A stretch of 64,000 nucleotides of DNA from an uncultured Gemmatimonadales bacterium. Lineage in GTDB: Bacteria > Gemmatimonadota > Gemmatimonadetes > Longimicrobiales > RSA9. Location: the NCBI GenBank assembly GCA_963783305.1, contig CAWAMW010000002.1:384001-448000 (forward strand), written 5' to 3'. Below, one piece after another: positions 29,501 to 40,200 of the stretch (position 1 is its first letter; each line of letters opens with the position of its first letter). The translations under genes and the position numbers were made by a program. The notes under the pieces are model-generated. The model had not been told where the DNA came from, made no database searches, and was given only the letters and a program-made list of their open reading frames with translations.

Positions 29501-29625
29501 CGCTCGAACGAAGGCCACAGGTCCAGGCTGATCCGGGACAGCGCGATGCCGCCCAGCACGATCGTGGTGAGAATCAGCATCCCCGTGGTGACGGGCCGAT
29601 GTACGGCGAAGCGTGGCAGCGACAT
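26557..29625 (-). CDS. RND efflux permease subunit (AcrB/MdtB-like)
   Basis: ~1020 aa; GMLIDNAVVVVENI, GIVVNNSIV and RMRPVLMTSLTT. Confidence 0.93.
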   Translation of the reverse strand: MSLPRFAVHRPVTTGMLILTTIVLGGIALSRISLDLWPSFERPVVRVTVPYPDASPAEVERKIIRPLEEELGTVRRLENITSSASQNSGSLELEFQPGTNMDMAALEVRERAELARRQLPEDVERIDLRRWGTDDQPVLRGALSWDGDPAQLTELIERRVEPAIMAVPGVAAVEFSGLEEREVTVELDQDRMQSAGVTLSQISFALARGNQDISAGEIELGSTRFLVRAEGSFQRPEEIEALPIDGNRVRLGDVASVRYDYPERDFFFRLNGQNARQLQVYKDSEANIVQVAREVRAALEELRTQPGLESIGFRFWQDQSEGIIEALNALLNAGAIGGILAVVILLIFLRRITPTLIVAASIPVSLIFTVSILYVTGASINVITLSGLMLAVGMLIDNAVVVVENIFRHRERGDGAEEAAVSGATEVGLAILAGTATTIVVFMPLFFMTPNMMGTQMREFGMSISFAIAASLGIAFTLVPLLAVWLLRGNMPEPGGFFKRLFDGYRRVLDRLLDHRAATGVAAAVVFLGGGYLLVSLPKELMPNEDRRFVMMTVSTPRGMSVEERSDLFGQAEQLLLDRSEEFEVENVSAFSSDRWNSIMITLKPYSEGAALSSAAITERIQTELPVVAGVEWRQRRSWGQGGRLSVRLIGESTAVLAELAERVEARMAREMEGLQNLENSLQEGNEEVRVLVDREAAERQGLSSRQVAQAVSGALRGQAATRFRAGDREVEVLAQLREEDRLSIAQLGTLAIGTPDGRNIPLNTVADIEVVAGPQDIRRENRMTSVSVNAEVAPGANREALQQQLAVMMEEMELPVGYRWDLGRGFEEEQQQFGEMLFAAVLALILVYLLLAALFESLLLPVIIYFSIFFALPGMGLVFLLTGTSLSILSFLGILITVGIVVNNSIVMIDLVNQLRAGGMERREALLHGCQARMRPVLMTSLTTLIAMVPMAFFAGEGMGQMFAPIGQAVIGGLTTSMVLTLLLTPVLYATVDDFRLWSGAIARRARWVAAGRPKAPRETW

Positions 29626-29626
29626 G

Positions 29627-32600
29627 TCAGCCCCCGGTCGAGTCAGTGAGCGGAACGGCGGGTCCGGCATCCGCGACCACGCCCGCGGCGGACGCGCGCT
29701 CCTGCGCCCTCCGGAGCGTCCGCCCCTCCACCAGATGGTACAGGACCGGCACGACGACGAGCGTCAGGACCGTCGCGACCAGAAGCCCCCCGATCACCGG
29801 AATGGCCAGAGGCGCGCGCAGCTCCGCGCCCTCCCCCTGTATCAGCGCCAGTGGCAGGAGCCCGAGCACGGTTGTGAGGGTGGTGATGATGATCGGACGG
29901 AGTCGAAGCCGTCCGCCCTCGCGCAGGGCGTCCGCCAGCTCCATACCCTCATCGCGTCGTAGCTGATTCACCGTGTCGAGCAGCACGATGGCGTTGTTGA
30001 CCACGATTCCCGCCAGCATGACCACGCCAATGAGCGCGACCACGGAGATCGGCGTTCCGGTGATCCACAGGGAAAGGATCGCGCCCACGAGCGCCAGAGG
30101 GACGGACGTCATGATGACCATGGGCTGACGGAACGACTCGAACTGGCTGGCCATGACGAGGTACACCAGGAAGACGGCCAGGAGGAGCGCCATCTGCATG
30201 GAGCGGATCGAACTCTCCAGCTCCCTGGACTGGCCGGCCACGACCAGCGCCACGTCTGCCGGGGCTGGGATCTCCCTCAGCCGCTGCTCGATCTTGGTGA
30301 GCACCCCCGCGAGATCTCGACCCACGGGGCTGGCCTGCACGAGAGCCACCCGCGATCCGTTGCGACGCACGATCTCCGCGGGTCCCTCGCTGAACCCGAG
30401 GGTAGCCACGGCCTCGAGCGAGACGGTGCCGGTGGGCGTCTCGATCCGGAGGTCGCCCAGATCCTGGAGCGTGGTCCTCTGCTCCTCGCGCGCCCGGACC
30501 AGGATCCCGATGTCACGGTCACGCTCGGTCAGCTCGGTGGCATCCAGGCCACGGACGCGGGCGCGGACGGCCTCCGCCGCGCCCCCCACGGTCAGCCCTA
30601 CGCGCGCGGCGCGCTCCCGATCGAAGCGGATCGTCACCTCCGGGTTCCCCTCGCGGCGCGGCTCCTCGACCGCGGCCACTTCCGGCATTGCCCGGAGCGT
30701 GGACCGCACCTCCTCCGCGATGGCGGAAAGCTGCTGGAGGTTGTAGCCGCGGACCTCCACCTCGATGGGCGAAGAGATCGTGAACAGGCGGGGTCGATCG
30801 ATGCGGAACGCCACGCCCGGGAGCTCGCGCAGTCCTTCCGCGAGCGACCTCCGAACGGCCGGCTCCGGAACGTCCAGCCCCTCGAGTCGCACCAGCAGAG
30901 TGGCGGCGTGTCGCTCGATGTCCCCGCTCCCACCGCCCATGGCGCTCCCGACCCCGCGCATCCCCACCGTGGTGAATACCTCCCGCACGCCGTCGATGCC
31001 AAGCGCGATCTGCTCCCCGCGCCGTGCGTACGACTCCATTCGTTCGAGGCTCGTGCCGGGCGCTGCCTCGAGCTCGATCACCAGCTCTCCCTGGCTCATT
31101 TCCGGGATCAGCTCCAGCCCCAGACGCGGGAGCAGGAGCCCGGTGGCGAGCACCACCGCGAGGGTGGCGGCGAGGACTCGACCCGGCCGCCGCAGCGCCG
31201 ACGTCAGCCACACCGGGTAGCGACCCTCGAGCCAGGCGTAGCCGCGGTCGAACGCGTTCATCGCCGGCGCCACCACGCGCGCCGCGCCGCGGCCTACGCC
31301 GCGCACCGCCCGCAGCCCCAGCCCGGCCCCCGCCGCCAGCGTGGCACCGACGCGCTCGCTGCCCCGGGTCCGGCCGATCCGACCGGCGGTGACGCGAGCG
31401 CCGCTGCCGCGGGCGGCCAGCATGGGGATGAGCGTGAGCGACACGACGAGGGCGGCGAAGAGTGCGAAGGACACGGTCCACGCCTGGTCGCCGAAGAGCT
31501 GCCCGGCCACACCCTCCACGAAGATGATGGGGACGAACACCGCGATGGTGGTGAGGGTGGACGCGACCACGGCGCGGGCGACGCGGGTGCTGCCGATGGA
31601 GGCGGCGTGCGCCGGCGAGAGGCCGTTTTCCCGCTCCCGCGCCACGGACTCCAGCACCACGATGGCGCTGTCCACGAGCATGCCGACGCCGAGGGCGAGG
31701 CCGCCCAGAGACATGATGTTGAGGGTGATGCCACGACCGAACATCAGCACGAACGTGGCGATGACGGAGATCGGGATCGCCGTGGCGATGATCAGGGTGG
31801 TGGGTACGTGCCGCAGGAAGATGAGCAGCACCAGGACCGCCAGGAGCCCACCGAAGATCGCCGCCGACTGCACGTCGTTCACGGCGTTACGGATGAAGAT
31901 CGATTCGTCGCGCACCAGCGTGAGCCCTATGCCCTCCGGCAGGTCGGCCCGGATCGCGTCCGCCCGCTCCCGGACGGCCTCGGCCACGCGGACGATGTTG
32001 GCTGTGGACTCCCGCAGGACCGCCACCTCCACGGCCTCCGCGCCCCCCACACGGGAGATGGTCTCCCGCTCCGACGCATCACGGGTCACCACGGCCACGT
32101 CCGCCAGACGGACCGGCTGACCATTGACCGTCCCGACCACGACGTTCCGGATGTCGCCCACGTCCGCGAACTCGTTCACCGTCCGCACCACGTACTCGGC
32201 CTCGGCCTCCTCGAGCACGCCGCCGGCCAGGTTGACGTTCTCCGCCTCCAGCCGCTGGGCGATCTGCTGGAACGGCAGGCCGAGGGCGGCGACTCGACCC
32301 TCATCCACGTCGACCCGGATCTCCTCCTCGAGGCCACCCGTCACGCGCACTCCGGCCACGCCCTCGATCCCTTCCAGCGCCCGTCGGACCTGCTCCTCCG
32401 CGAGCCATCGGAGCTCCGTGAGCGCGCGACGGTCGGTCTCGAGGCCGGCCTCCAGCGGGCGGGAGGACGTCAGCGCGAAGCGGAGCACCGGCTCGGTGTT
32501 GGGATCGTAGCGAGCGATGGTCGGCCGGGTCGCCGCGGGCGGCAGGTTCAACAGGTCGAGACGCTCGCGCATGTCCAGCGCCGCGAAGTCCATATCGGTC

Positions 32601-32893
32601 CCCCATCGGAACGCCACCGTCACGTCGGAGCGTCCGGGCCGCGACCGGCTGGTCACCTCCTGGACGCCCTGGACGATGGACACCGCCTCTTCCACCGGGC
32701 GAGAGAGCAGCGTCTCGATCTCCTGGGGTCCCACCCCGGCATACTCCGTCTCGATGGTGACCGTGGGAAAGGCGACGTCCGGCAGGAGATCGAGGGGCAG
32801 CCGAGTGAACGAGACGATACCGAAGACGACGACGGCCAGATAGGCCATCGCCACCGCTACCGGCCGACGGATCGCGAAGTCGACGACCTTCAT
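29627..32893 (-). CDS. RND efflux permease subunit (AcrB/MdtC-like)
   Basis: 1088 aa; FAIRRPV, GMLVDSAIVVLE, GIVVNNAIV and RLRPIIITTLTT. Confidence 0.93.
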   Translation of the reverse strand: MKVVDFAIRRPVAVAMAYLAVVVFGIVSFTRLPLDLLPDVAFPTVTIETEYAGVGPQEIETLLSRPVEEAVSIVQGVQEVTSRSRPGRSDVTVAFRWGTDMDFAALDMRERLDLLNLPPAATRPTIARYDPNTEPVLRFALTSSRPLEAGLETDRRALTELRWLAEEQVRRALEGIEGVAGVRVTGGLEEEIRVDVDEGRVAALGLPFQQIAQRLEAENVNLAGGVLEEAEAEYVVRTVNEFADVGDIRNVVVGTVNGQPVRLADVAVVTRDASERETISRVGGAEAVEVAVLRESTANIVRVAEAVRERADAIRADLPEGIGLTLVRDESIFIRNAVNDVQSAAIFGGLLAVLVLLIFLRHVPTTLIIATAIPISVIATFVLMFGRGITLNIMSLGGLALGVGMLVDSAIVVLESVARERENGLSPAHAASIGSTRVARAVVASTLTTIAVFVPIIFVEGVAGQLFGDQAWTVSFALFAALVVSLTLIPMLAARGSGARVTAGRIGRTRGSERVGATLAAGAGLGLRAVRGVGRGAARVVAPAMNAFDRGYAWLEGRYPVWLTSALRRPGRVLAATLAVVLATGLLLPRLGLELIPEMSQGELVIELEAAPGTSLERMESYARRGEQIALGIDGVREVFTTVGMRGVGSAMGGGSGDIERHAATLLVRLEGLDVPEPAVRRSLAEGLRELPGVAFRIDRPRLFTISSPIEVEVRGYNLQQLSAIAEEVRSTLRAMPEVAAVEEPRREGNPEVTIRFDRERAARVGLTVGGAAEAVRARVRGLDATELTERDRDIGILVRAREEQRTTLQDLGDLRIETPTGTVSLEAVATLGFSEGPAEIVRRNGSRVALVQASPVGRDLAGVLTKIEQRLREIPAPADVALVVAGQSRELESSIRSMQMALLLAVFLVYLVMASQFESFRQPMVIMTSVPLALVGAILSLWITGTPISVVALIGVVMLAGIVVNNAIVLLDTVNQLRRDEGMELADALREGGRLRLRPIIITTLTTVLGLLPLALIQGEGAELRAPLAIPVIGGLLVATVLTLVVVPVLYHLVEGRTLRRAQERASAAGVVADAGPAVPLTDSTGG

Positions 32894-34128
32894 TGAGAGG
32901 AGGTCGTCGACGGCTCCGGCTGGTTCGCCATGGCGCCACCGGGTCGGGAAACAGGTTCACCGTCGAGCTCCAGCAGGTTCACTGCGACCCCCGGCTGGAG
33001 GTTGTCCTGTCCGACCACCACGACCGTGTCCCCGGGCTCCACTCCGCTCCGGATCTCCACGCGCTCCGCCTGGTTCACGCCCAGCTCCACCTCCCGCTCC
33101 AGGGCGCGACCGTCGAGGATGGTGAACACGCGGGGCACCGCGCCATCCACCAGCACCGCCGTGCGCGGCACCGTGAGGCGCTCGTCCAGTGTCTCGGTGA
33201 CGATATCGACGTTCACGAACTGGCCCGGCCGGAGTCCGCCGCCCTGGTTCGGCTCGACCTCCACCACCACCTGCACGGTGCCGCTCTCCGGGTCCACCAC
33301 CGGACGGATCCTCGCGACCTCGCCCTGTGCCGTGCCCCGGCCCTCCACCCGGATCTGAGCCGGCTGGCCCACCCGGATCCGGTTCGCCTCCCGCTCCGGG
33401 ACGCCCACCAACGCCTCGAGTCGGGAGATGTCCGCTACCCGGAAGGCGGGCGTGCCGCTGTTCACCAGCTGGCCCCGCTCGATGAGACGGTGCGTCACCA
33501 CACCCGATATGGGCGCGACGATCACCGCGTTGCGCACCCGGAGGAGCGCGAGTCCGAGGTCCGCCTTCGCCACCTGTGCCTCGGATTCCAGCCGCTGGAC
33601 CTCCTGGTCGGAGATCATCCCGCGCTCCTGGAGCTGCGCGGCACGCGCCGCGGCATCGCCGGCGGCCGTGGCCCGCGCCTCGGCCTGCCGCGCCTGCAGC
33701 ACCCACTCCTCGCTCTCCAGTCTCGCCAGCGGCTGGCCCGCCCGGACTTCCGCACCCTCCTCCACCGCGATCTGCGCAATGACGCCCGTCTGCTTCGGCA
33801 GGACTTCCACCTGCTGACGCGCCCGCAGGTTCGCGGATCCGCGCAGCGTCACCTGCATCTCGCGCGGCGTGGCCACCTCGGCCGCCACGGGCACCGCGCG
33901 GCCATCACCGGGTCCGGCGCCCGGGGGGCCGCCCGGGCCGCCCCGGCCCGGCGGGCCGCCGCCGTCCGCACTCTGACCGCTCGAGTCGCCGCCGCACGCC
34001 GCGACGATCAGGAGCACCGGCAGGACGGCCGCGCCGGCTCCGAGGCGGGTGAGGATCCGGCCGTGTCGCCCCGTTCGGCGGCTCGGCGTCGGCAGTGTTG
34101 GGTGGTCGGGTGTGCTCAATAGGGCCAT
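32890..34128 (-). CDS. RND periplasmic adaptor (membrane fusion protein), lipoprotein
   Basis: LIVAAC lipobox; VEEGAEVRAGQPLA and IVAPISGVV lipoyl halves; LRPGQFV. Confidence 0.92.
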   Translation of the reverse strand: MALLSTPDHPTLPTPSRRTGRHGRILTRLGAGAAVLPVLLIVAACGGDSSGQSADGGGPPGRGGPGGPPGAGPGDGRAVPVAAEVATPREMQVTLRGSANLRARQQVEVLPKQTGVIAQIAVEEGAEVRAGQPLARLESEEWVLQARQAEARATAAGDAAARAAQLQERGMISDQEVQRLESEAQVAKADLGLALLRVRNAVIVAPISGVVTHRLIERGQLVNSGTPAFRVADISRLEALVGVPEREANRIRVGQPAQIRVEGRGTAQGEVARIRPVVDPESGTVQVVVEVEPNQGGGLRPGQFVNVDIVTETLDERLTVPRTAVLVDGAVPRVFTILDGRALEREVELGVNQAERVEIRSGVEPGDTVVVVGQDNLQPGVAVNLLELDGEPVSRPGGAMANQPEPSTTSSQ

Positions 34129-34132
34129 CGGC

Positions 34133-35662
34133 TCAGCGCAGCGTCGTGCCCACGAGCGCCTCGAGCGCCGCGAGCGACTGGTGGTAGTCGTGGACCGCCG
34201 CGATCTCCGCGCGCTCGGCCTCACTCAGGTTGGCCTGCGCGTCCGTCACCTCGACGGACGTTGCGAGGCCGGAACGGTACTGCTCTTCGGCGAGTCTGAG
34301 CTCGTCGGCCGCCGTTTCCCGCACGACGGCCTGGAGCCGCGCGGTGCGGTATGCGGCGGAAACCGCCCGCAGGAGTGTCTCCGCCTCCGCCCTCACGCGC
34401 AGCTGCTCGCTTCGAACGGCAAGGCGCGCGTCCTGCGCGCCCACCTTCGCCTCCTGGATCCGCTGCTCCCGGTCCAGGCCGGAGAAGAGCGGCAGCGAGA
34501 TGCTCAGGCTCGCCGACCATGGCTGAGATCGCCAGTCGAACGGGAACCCGCTGTTCTCCTCGCGGTAGCGATCCTCCAGCTGCGCACGAACGGCCGGGTT
34601 GCCCGGATCGACACACGTCTGGATGGGGAGCCCCGCCGCCTGCCGGATCTGGTTCTCCTCCAGGCACGCCTCACGGCTCGACGCCATCCGGAGCAGGTCG
34701 CCCTCGACCAGCGGATCGATGCTCGCCGCCTGGGCGAGGTCCCCCCGCAGCCCCATGCTGGCGCTCAGGCTGGGCAGATAGCTCGAACGGGCCACCGTCA
34801 CCATGGTCTCGCTGGCATCCTCCTGCGCCCGCGCCGCCCTCAGTGTGGGGTTGTTGTCCAGCGCCAGCGCCACCACTTCCGCCTGATCCCAGGTCGGCTC
34901 GAACAGCGGGAACTCCGTGGTCAGTTGGACGTCCTCGTCCAGCGCCACTCCCAGCAGCTGCCCAAGCGCCAGGCGCTCCGCCGCGCGGGTGTTCTCCGCC
35001 TGGACCACCCGGACCTCCGCCTGCCCCTGCTGCACCTCGGCCCGGCGCACGTCCAGCACCGTCCCGGTTCCCACCTCGAGTCGCGCCTCCGCCAGCTCGA
35101 CGTGCTTGCCCGTGCGCGCCACCTCCTGCCCCGCCTGCACCAGCGCCGCGTCCGCCTGCAGCACCGCCAGGTACCCCTGACTCACGTCCGCTTCCAGCTG
35201 GCTACCCGCACCCCGCACCCGGGCCTCCACCGCGCGCTCCTGCGCCCGTGCCCGGGTCGGCTCCAGCAGTGTGGCACCGCTCAGTGAATAGCTCAGGCCC
35301 AGGTTATAGCTCGACGAGTACATCGCCGGCTGCACGCCCAGCCCCACCGTCCCGAAGCGGCGCTCACCCGAAGCCGAGTACCCCATCCCCATGGACGCCG
35401 ACGCCGATGGCAGCAGGTCGCCGTACGCCGAGCGCACGCTCCACCGTGCCGATACCAGATCGTTCTCCTGGCTCAGGTACGTGGGGTTGTTCTCCCGCGC
35501 CATCGCCACGGCCTCCTCGAGCGTCAGACGGCTCGGCACCTCCTGCGCGGACACGGCGGGAGCGAGCCCGATGAGCGCGACCAGCAGGGCCATGCCCGCC
35601 CATGCCGGCGTTCTGCCCGTCCGGGTCGGCGTCTGCCGACGCTGTGTGATGAACCGTTTCAT
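34133..35662 (-). CDS. TolC-family outer-membrane factor
   Basis: LTLEEAVAMARENNP, ISLPLFSG and YRSGLATSVEVTDAQ; first gene of the RND operon. Confidence 0.92.
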   Translation of the reverse strand: MKRFITQRRQTPTRTGRTPAWAGMALLVALIGLAPAVSAQEVPSRLTLEEAVAMARENNPTYLSQENDLVSARWSVRSAYGDLLPSASASMGMGYSASGERRFGTVGLGVQPAMYSSSYNLGLSYSLSGATLLEPTRARAQERAVEARVRGAGSQLEADVSQGYLAVLQADAALVQAGQEVARTGKHVELAEARLEVGTGTVLDVRRAEVQQGQAEVRVVQAENTRAAERLALGQLLGVALDEDVQLTTEFPLFEPTWDQAEVVALALDNNPTLRAARAQEDASETMVTVARSSYLPSLSASMGLRGDLAQAASIDPLVEGDLLRMASSREACLEENQIRQAAGLPIQTCVDPGNPAVRAQLEDRYREENSGFPFDWRSQPWSASLSISLPLFSGLDREQRIQEAKVGAQDARLAVRSEQLRVRAEAETLLRAVSAAYRTARLQAVVRETAADELRLAEEQYRSGLATSVEVTDAQANLSEAERAEIAAVHDYHQSLAALEALVGTTLR

Positions 35663-35781
35663 CCTGCCTCTCGATGCTCGATGATGTGATACCAGCGCAC
35701 GGACGGGCCTACACCGTCCCTCTCCACCGTGTTTCACGGGGGACGGCGAGGCCCGAGGCCCTCAGCGCACGCGTCCGGAGG

Positions 35782-36303
35782 TCAGCCCATGGGGCTGCTC
35801 CCACCCGCGGCGTCCGCCGGGGCCTGATACGCCCTGCCGTCGGGCAGCTTGCCGGTGGCGTTCAGCACCCAGCGGATGCATCGGTGCGCCACGTCCACCG
35901 GCTCCAGGAACATCATGGGGCAACCTCCATCCAGCACGGCCACGCCCGCCTCTCTACATAAGACGGCTGCCTCCTCCGAAACGCTGCCTGTGCCGAAAGA
36001 ACGGTGCATCCAGACGCGCGGCACGCCCGCCTCGATGCACTCCCGCGCCACCTCGACCGCCACCGCTGGATGGGTGGCGATGACCACTCCGTCCGGCCGC
36101 TCCGGCATCGCCGCGACGGACGGGTAGCACACGTCACCCTCCACTTCAGCCGCGCTCGGGTTCACCGGCACCACCTGGTACCCCGCCTGCCGCAGCTTCC
36201 GGTAGATGGCGTTCGCCGCCTGCTTCGGGTCTCGGGACACACCGGCCACCGCGATCCGCTCCTGAGCCAGGAACTCTTCCGCCGCTGTGCGCATCTCCTC
36301 CAT
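35782..36303 (-). CDS. CoA-binding protein (YccU-like)
   Basis: IAVAGVSRDP, VVPVNP, RVWMH and GGCPMM; AGGAGG RBS. Confidence 0.88.
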   Translation of the reverse strand: MEEMRTAAEEFLAQERIAVAGVSRDPKQAANAIYRKLRQAGYQVVPVNPSAAEVEGDVCYPSVAAMPERPDGVVIATHPAVAVEVARECIEAGVPRVWMHRSFGTGSVSEEAAVLCREAGVAVLDGGCPMMFLEPVDVAHRCIRWVLNATGKLPDGRAYQAPADAAGGSSPMG

Positions 36304-36422
36304 GATCGTCCTCCTTTCGTGCCAACGCGACCCCGCACCCACCGCATTCCCGCCCCTTTCGAACGGTACTGCCGGGAGTTGGACGATGCTGTGGGGAAAT
36401 GGAGGATTCTGACGCGACCCGG

Positions 36423-37217
36423 CTACGACGGCTGACAGCCCGGGCACCAGTACGTGCTCCGGCCCATGTCCCCCTGGAGGAACCGTTCGATGGCCGTGCC
36501 GCAGTCGAGGCACGGCTTGCCCGCCCGCCCATACACCCAGAGCCGCTGGCTCGACGGCGTGGGCCGGCGGCGGAGCGGCACGCTCGTCCTGCGCCGGGTG
36601 AGCAGGTTGAGCCGCATGAGGTGCGCGGCCTTCTCCATCAGCGACCGCACCCCCTCCGGGTCGAGGTTGCCCACGGGCGTGCGAGGATGCACCCGGCACT
36701 CGAAGAGGACCTCGCTCTTGTAGACGTTGCCGATCCCCGCAGCCACCCGCTGGTCGAGCAGCAGGTCGCCGATCTCGCGACCGGCGTACCCCGGCTGGAG
36801 CGCTCGCCGGACTGCCTCATCGATCTCCGGCGGGTCCGCCAGCAGGTCCGGGCCCAGGCGCGCCAGCTTCGGGTGTCTCGCGGCGTCGGCCGTACGGACC
36901 ATCTCCGCGCGATAGGCGCCCTCGCAGGCGTACACCGTCGGTCCGACCACCAGCGTGACCGTGGCCCGCGCCGGGCGACGCTGCCGCACGTGGAGCCGCC
37001 GCCATCTCCCGTTCATCCCCAGGTGGATCCGCACGCTCCAGCCGCCCGCCAGGTGGACGAGCATGTGCTTGCCCACCGCCTCCACGCCCTCGACCTCCCG
37101 GCCCGCCAGCTCCGCGATCTCGCCCGCGTCGTGCAGCGCCAGGCTGTCGACGCGCTTCCCCGTGATCTCCCGGCCCAGGATACGGGCGACCCGGTGGACG
37201 GTATCTCCCTCGGGCAC
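36423..37217 (-). CDS. nei: Fpg/Nei-family DNA glycosylase (endonuclease VIII-like)
   Basis: (M)PEGDT catalytic N-terminus, GKH, HLGMNG, H2TH LLDQRVAAGIGNVYKSE, zinc finger CLDC..CPGCQ. GTG start overlaps the lhr TAG. Confidence 0.93.
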   Translation of the reverse strand: MPEGDTVHRVARILGREITGKRVDSLALHDAGEIAELAGREVEGVEAVGKHMLVHLAGGWSVRIHLGMNGRWRRLHVRQRRPARATVTLVVGPTVYACEGAYRAEMVRTADAARHPKLARLGPDLLADPPEIDEAVRRALQPGYAGREIGDLLLDQRVAAGIGNVYKSEVLFECRVHPRTPVGNLDPEGVRSLMEKAAHLMRLNLLTRRRTSVPLRRRPTPSSQRLWVYGRAGKPCLDCGTAIERFLQGDMGRSTYWCPGCQPS

Positions 37218-40200
37218 TATCGATCTCCGCTGATCCGCACGTACCGGTAGTCCGGCGTGAACCCGGCGGCCTCCATGGCCCCCAGGAGCGGGGACCGGAA
37301 CGCCGCCTCGCCGTCCACCGTCTCCAGGGAGAGCACCCGCCGCGCCTGCCGCGCGGCCACGGCGCGCAGCAATGGCAGCGCCCGGGCCACCCGGTCCGGC
37401 TCCACGCCCGCAAACGTCCTCAGGCGACGGCCGCGCCGGTCCAGGTAGAGCACCGGCGCGCCGTCCACCAGCACTACCACCGAGCCGGTGGAGCGCGTCG
37501 GGGCCCGACCGCTCGACTCGGTCAGCTCGGGCCACGGCAGCAGCCAGCCGTACGGGTTCGCCGGGTCGGTGGCCGCCAGCGCCACCACCTCCCCCTCCGC
37601 CTCCCCGTCGCGGACGCGCCGCAGCCGGTCCACCAGACCGGGGTAGGCGAACTGCGCGCCGCCCAGTCCCTCGACGAAGTAGCCGCGACGCACCTTCCCC
37701 TGCTCCTCCAGCGACCGCAGCACCCGGTACACGCTCGAGAACCCGCCGCCCAGCGCTTCCACCGACGCCGTCTCCCGCGCCACGACGCCGTGCCGGTCGA
37801 GCAGCGTCATCGCCCACGCGGCCGCCCGCTCCGTGGAGCTCACGGGCTGCCGGACCAGGTCCCGGACCAGCGACCAGCGACCGCCGGGGCCCGCCGACCC
37901 CGCACCGCTTCCGCCCGCCCGCCCCAGCACCTTGCCGGGACGCGGGAGCCCGGCGCGCGGCCGCCCGCCAGGTCGTCCCGGCCGGCCGGCCCGGCCGCTC
38001 CGCCTCGAGCTCCCGCGCCGGGAGGACGGCTGCGACAGATGGCGGAGTGCCGCGAAGGTGTCGTTCGTCACGAGCCCGCCCCACACGAGGTCCCAGACCG
38101 CCTCGAGGAGCCGGTCCGGGGACACGTCCGGCAGCGCGGCCGCGAGCTCGCCGTGAAACGAGGCGCCCCGGCCGTCGAGGTGCTCCAGGACGCGGCGGTG
38201 CCGGTCGTCGAACGTCTCCACCAGCTCGGCGGCGTCGTCCAGCGCGGGCGGCACGAGGAGGCGGTCCACTCGATCCCGCCGGTAGAGCAGGACCCGGCCG
38301 TCGTCGCTCCGGAGCGGGGAGTGGCCGACCCAGACCAGCCACCCCAACGACCCCAACTCGTCCAGCATGGCCGGGTGGAAGTCGCGCACCCGGGATGGCA
38401 GGATCATCCGCACCAGCTCGCGGTAGCTGAGCGGGATCCCCTCGAGCTGGATGAGGGCGTCCTCGACACTGTCATGGAGGTCCCCACTCACCCGGTGCCA
38501 CGACGGGAGGAACCGCGCGAGCACCTCCGGGTCCACCGGCGCCACCTGGCCCCGCAGCTTCGCAATGGTCCACCGCTTGACCTGACGCAGCACCTCCGGG
38601 TCCACCCACTCCTCGCCCTCCGCGCCCGGGCGGAACTCGCCCCGGAGGAGCCGACCGTCATCGGCGAGACCCTTCAGCAGCGACCGCACCTGCGCCGGCA
38701 CCAGACCGTAGCGCTCCGCGAGCTCCCCGGCGGTGAACGGGCCGTGCGTCCGGGCGTAGCGACCCAGCAGCTGCTCCACCGGGTCCGCCGCGGGCTCCAG
38801 GAACGCCGACGCCACCCCCGCCGGTGGCGCCACTCCCAGCGCGTCCCGATAGAGCGCCACGTCCTCCACGGCCACCCATGCGTCCCGCCCCGCCACGCGC
38901 ACGCGCGCCGCCCGGCGAGCGGAGCGCAGCTCCGCGAGCCAGCCCTCGAGTGTGCGTCGGGCCGCGTCGGCATCGATGTCGCTCTCCGCGGCAGTGGTCG
39001 CTGTTCCGCCCTCCACGCTCGACGATCGATGATCGAACCGCTCGAGCAGCTCTGCTTTCGTCAGGTCGCCCAACTCCCGCAGCACGTCGTGGAGCGCGTC
39101 CGGGTGCCGCGCCCGCCGACCTTCCGTCCGCCGCTGCAGCCGGTCCTCCACCTCGGTGATGACGTCGGCGTCCAGCAGCTCCCGCATGTCCGCCTCGCCC
39201 AGCAGCTCCCGGAGCAGCTCCATGTCCACCGAGAGCGCCTGCGCCCGCCTCTCCGCCGCCGGCGAGTCCCCCTCGTAGAGATAGGCGGCGACGTAGGCGT
39301 ACACGAGCGAGCGGGCGAACGGGGACGCGCTCGACGTCTCCACCTCGTGGACCCGGATCTCCCGGCTCCCGATCCGCCGCAGCACGTCCCGCAGCGCGGG
39401 CACATCGAAGACGTCCTGGAGGCTCGAGCGGTAGGTCTCCATGACGATGGGGAAGCTCGGGTACTGCATGGCCACGCCCATGAGCTTCTGGGCCCGGAGC
39501 CGCTGGGCGAACAGCGGCGTGCGGTGCCCGGGCCGGCGTCTCGGCAGGAGGAGCGCGCGGGCGGCGTTCTCCCGGAACTGGCTGGCGAAGAGCGGGCTCC
39601 GGGCCAGCTCGTCGATCACCCGGTCCTCGATCTCGTCCGGATCAGGGATGAGGCGGTCGAGCTCCGGCGGCTCATCGCCGGCGGCCAGGGTCAGGACGAT
39701 GCCGTCGTCGGACCAGACGGTCTGGACGTCATAGCCCACGCGCTCGCTGACCAGCCCGCGGATGGCCAGCGCCCACGGCGCATGCACCCGCGAGCCGAAC
39801 GGCGTCAGGATGCAGACGCGCCAGTCACCGAGCTCGTCGCGGAACCGCTCGAGCGTGATGTCGCGGTCGGTGGGCAGGGTGCCCGTCGCGTGCTCCTGGT
39901 CGGCCACGTAGTCCACCAGGTTGCGGGCCGCCCATTCGTCCAGGCCGAACTCCTGCCGGAGCCGCGACACCGCCGCCTCCTCGTCCCCGGCCACGACGCG
40001 GTCGCCGATCTCGCGGGTGAACGCGCCCAGCGCACGACCCAGCTCCAGCGGACGGCCGGGACCCTCACCCTTCCAGAACGGCAGCCGCCCCGGCTCGCCG
40101 GGCGCCGGCTCCACGATCACGCGGTCGCGGGTGATATCCTGGATCCGCCAGGTCGTGGCGCCCAGCGTGAACGTCTGCCCCGGCTGCGACTCGTGCACCA

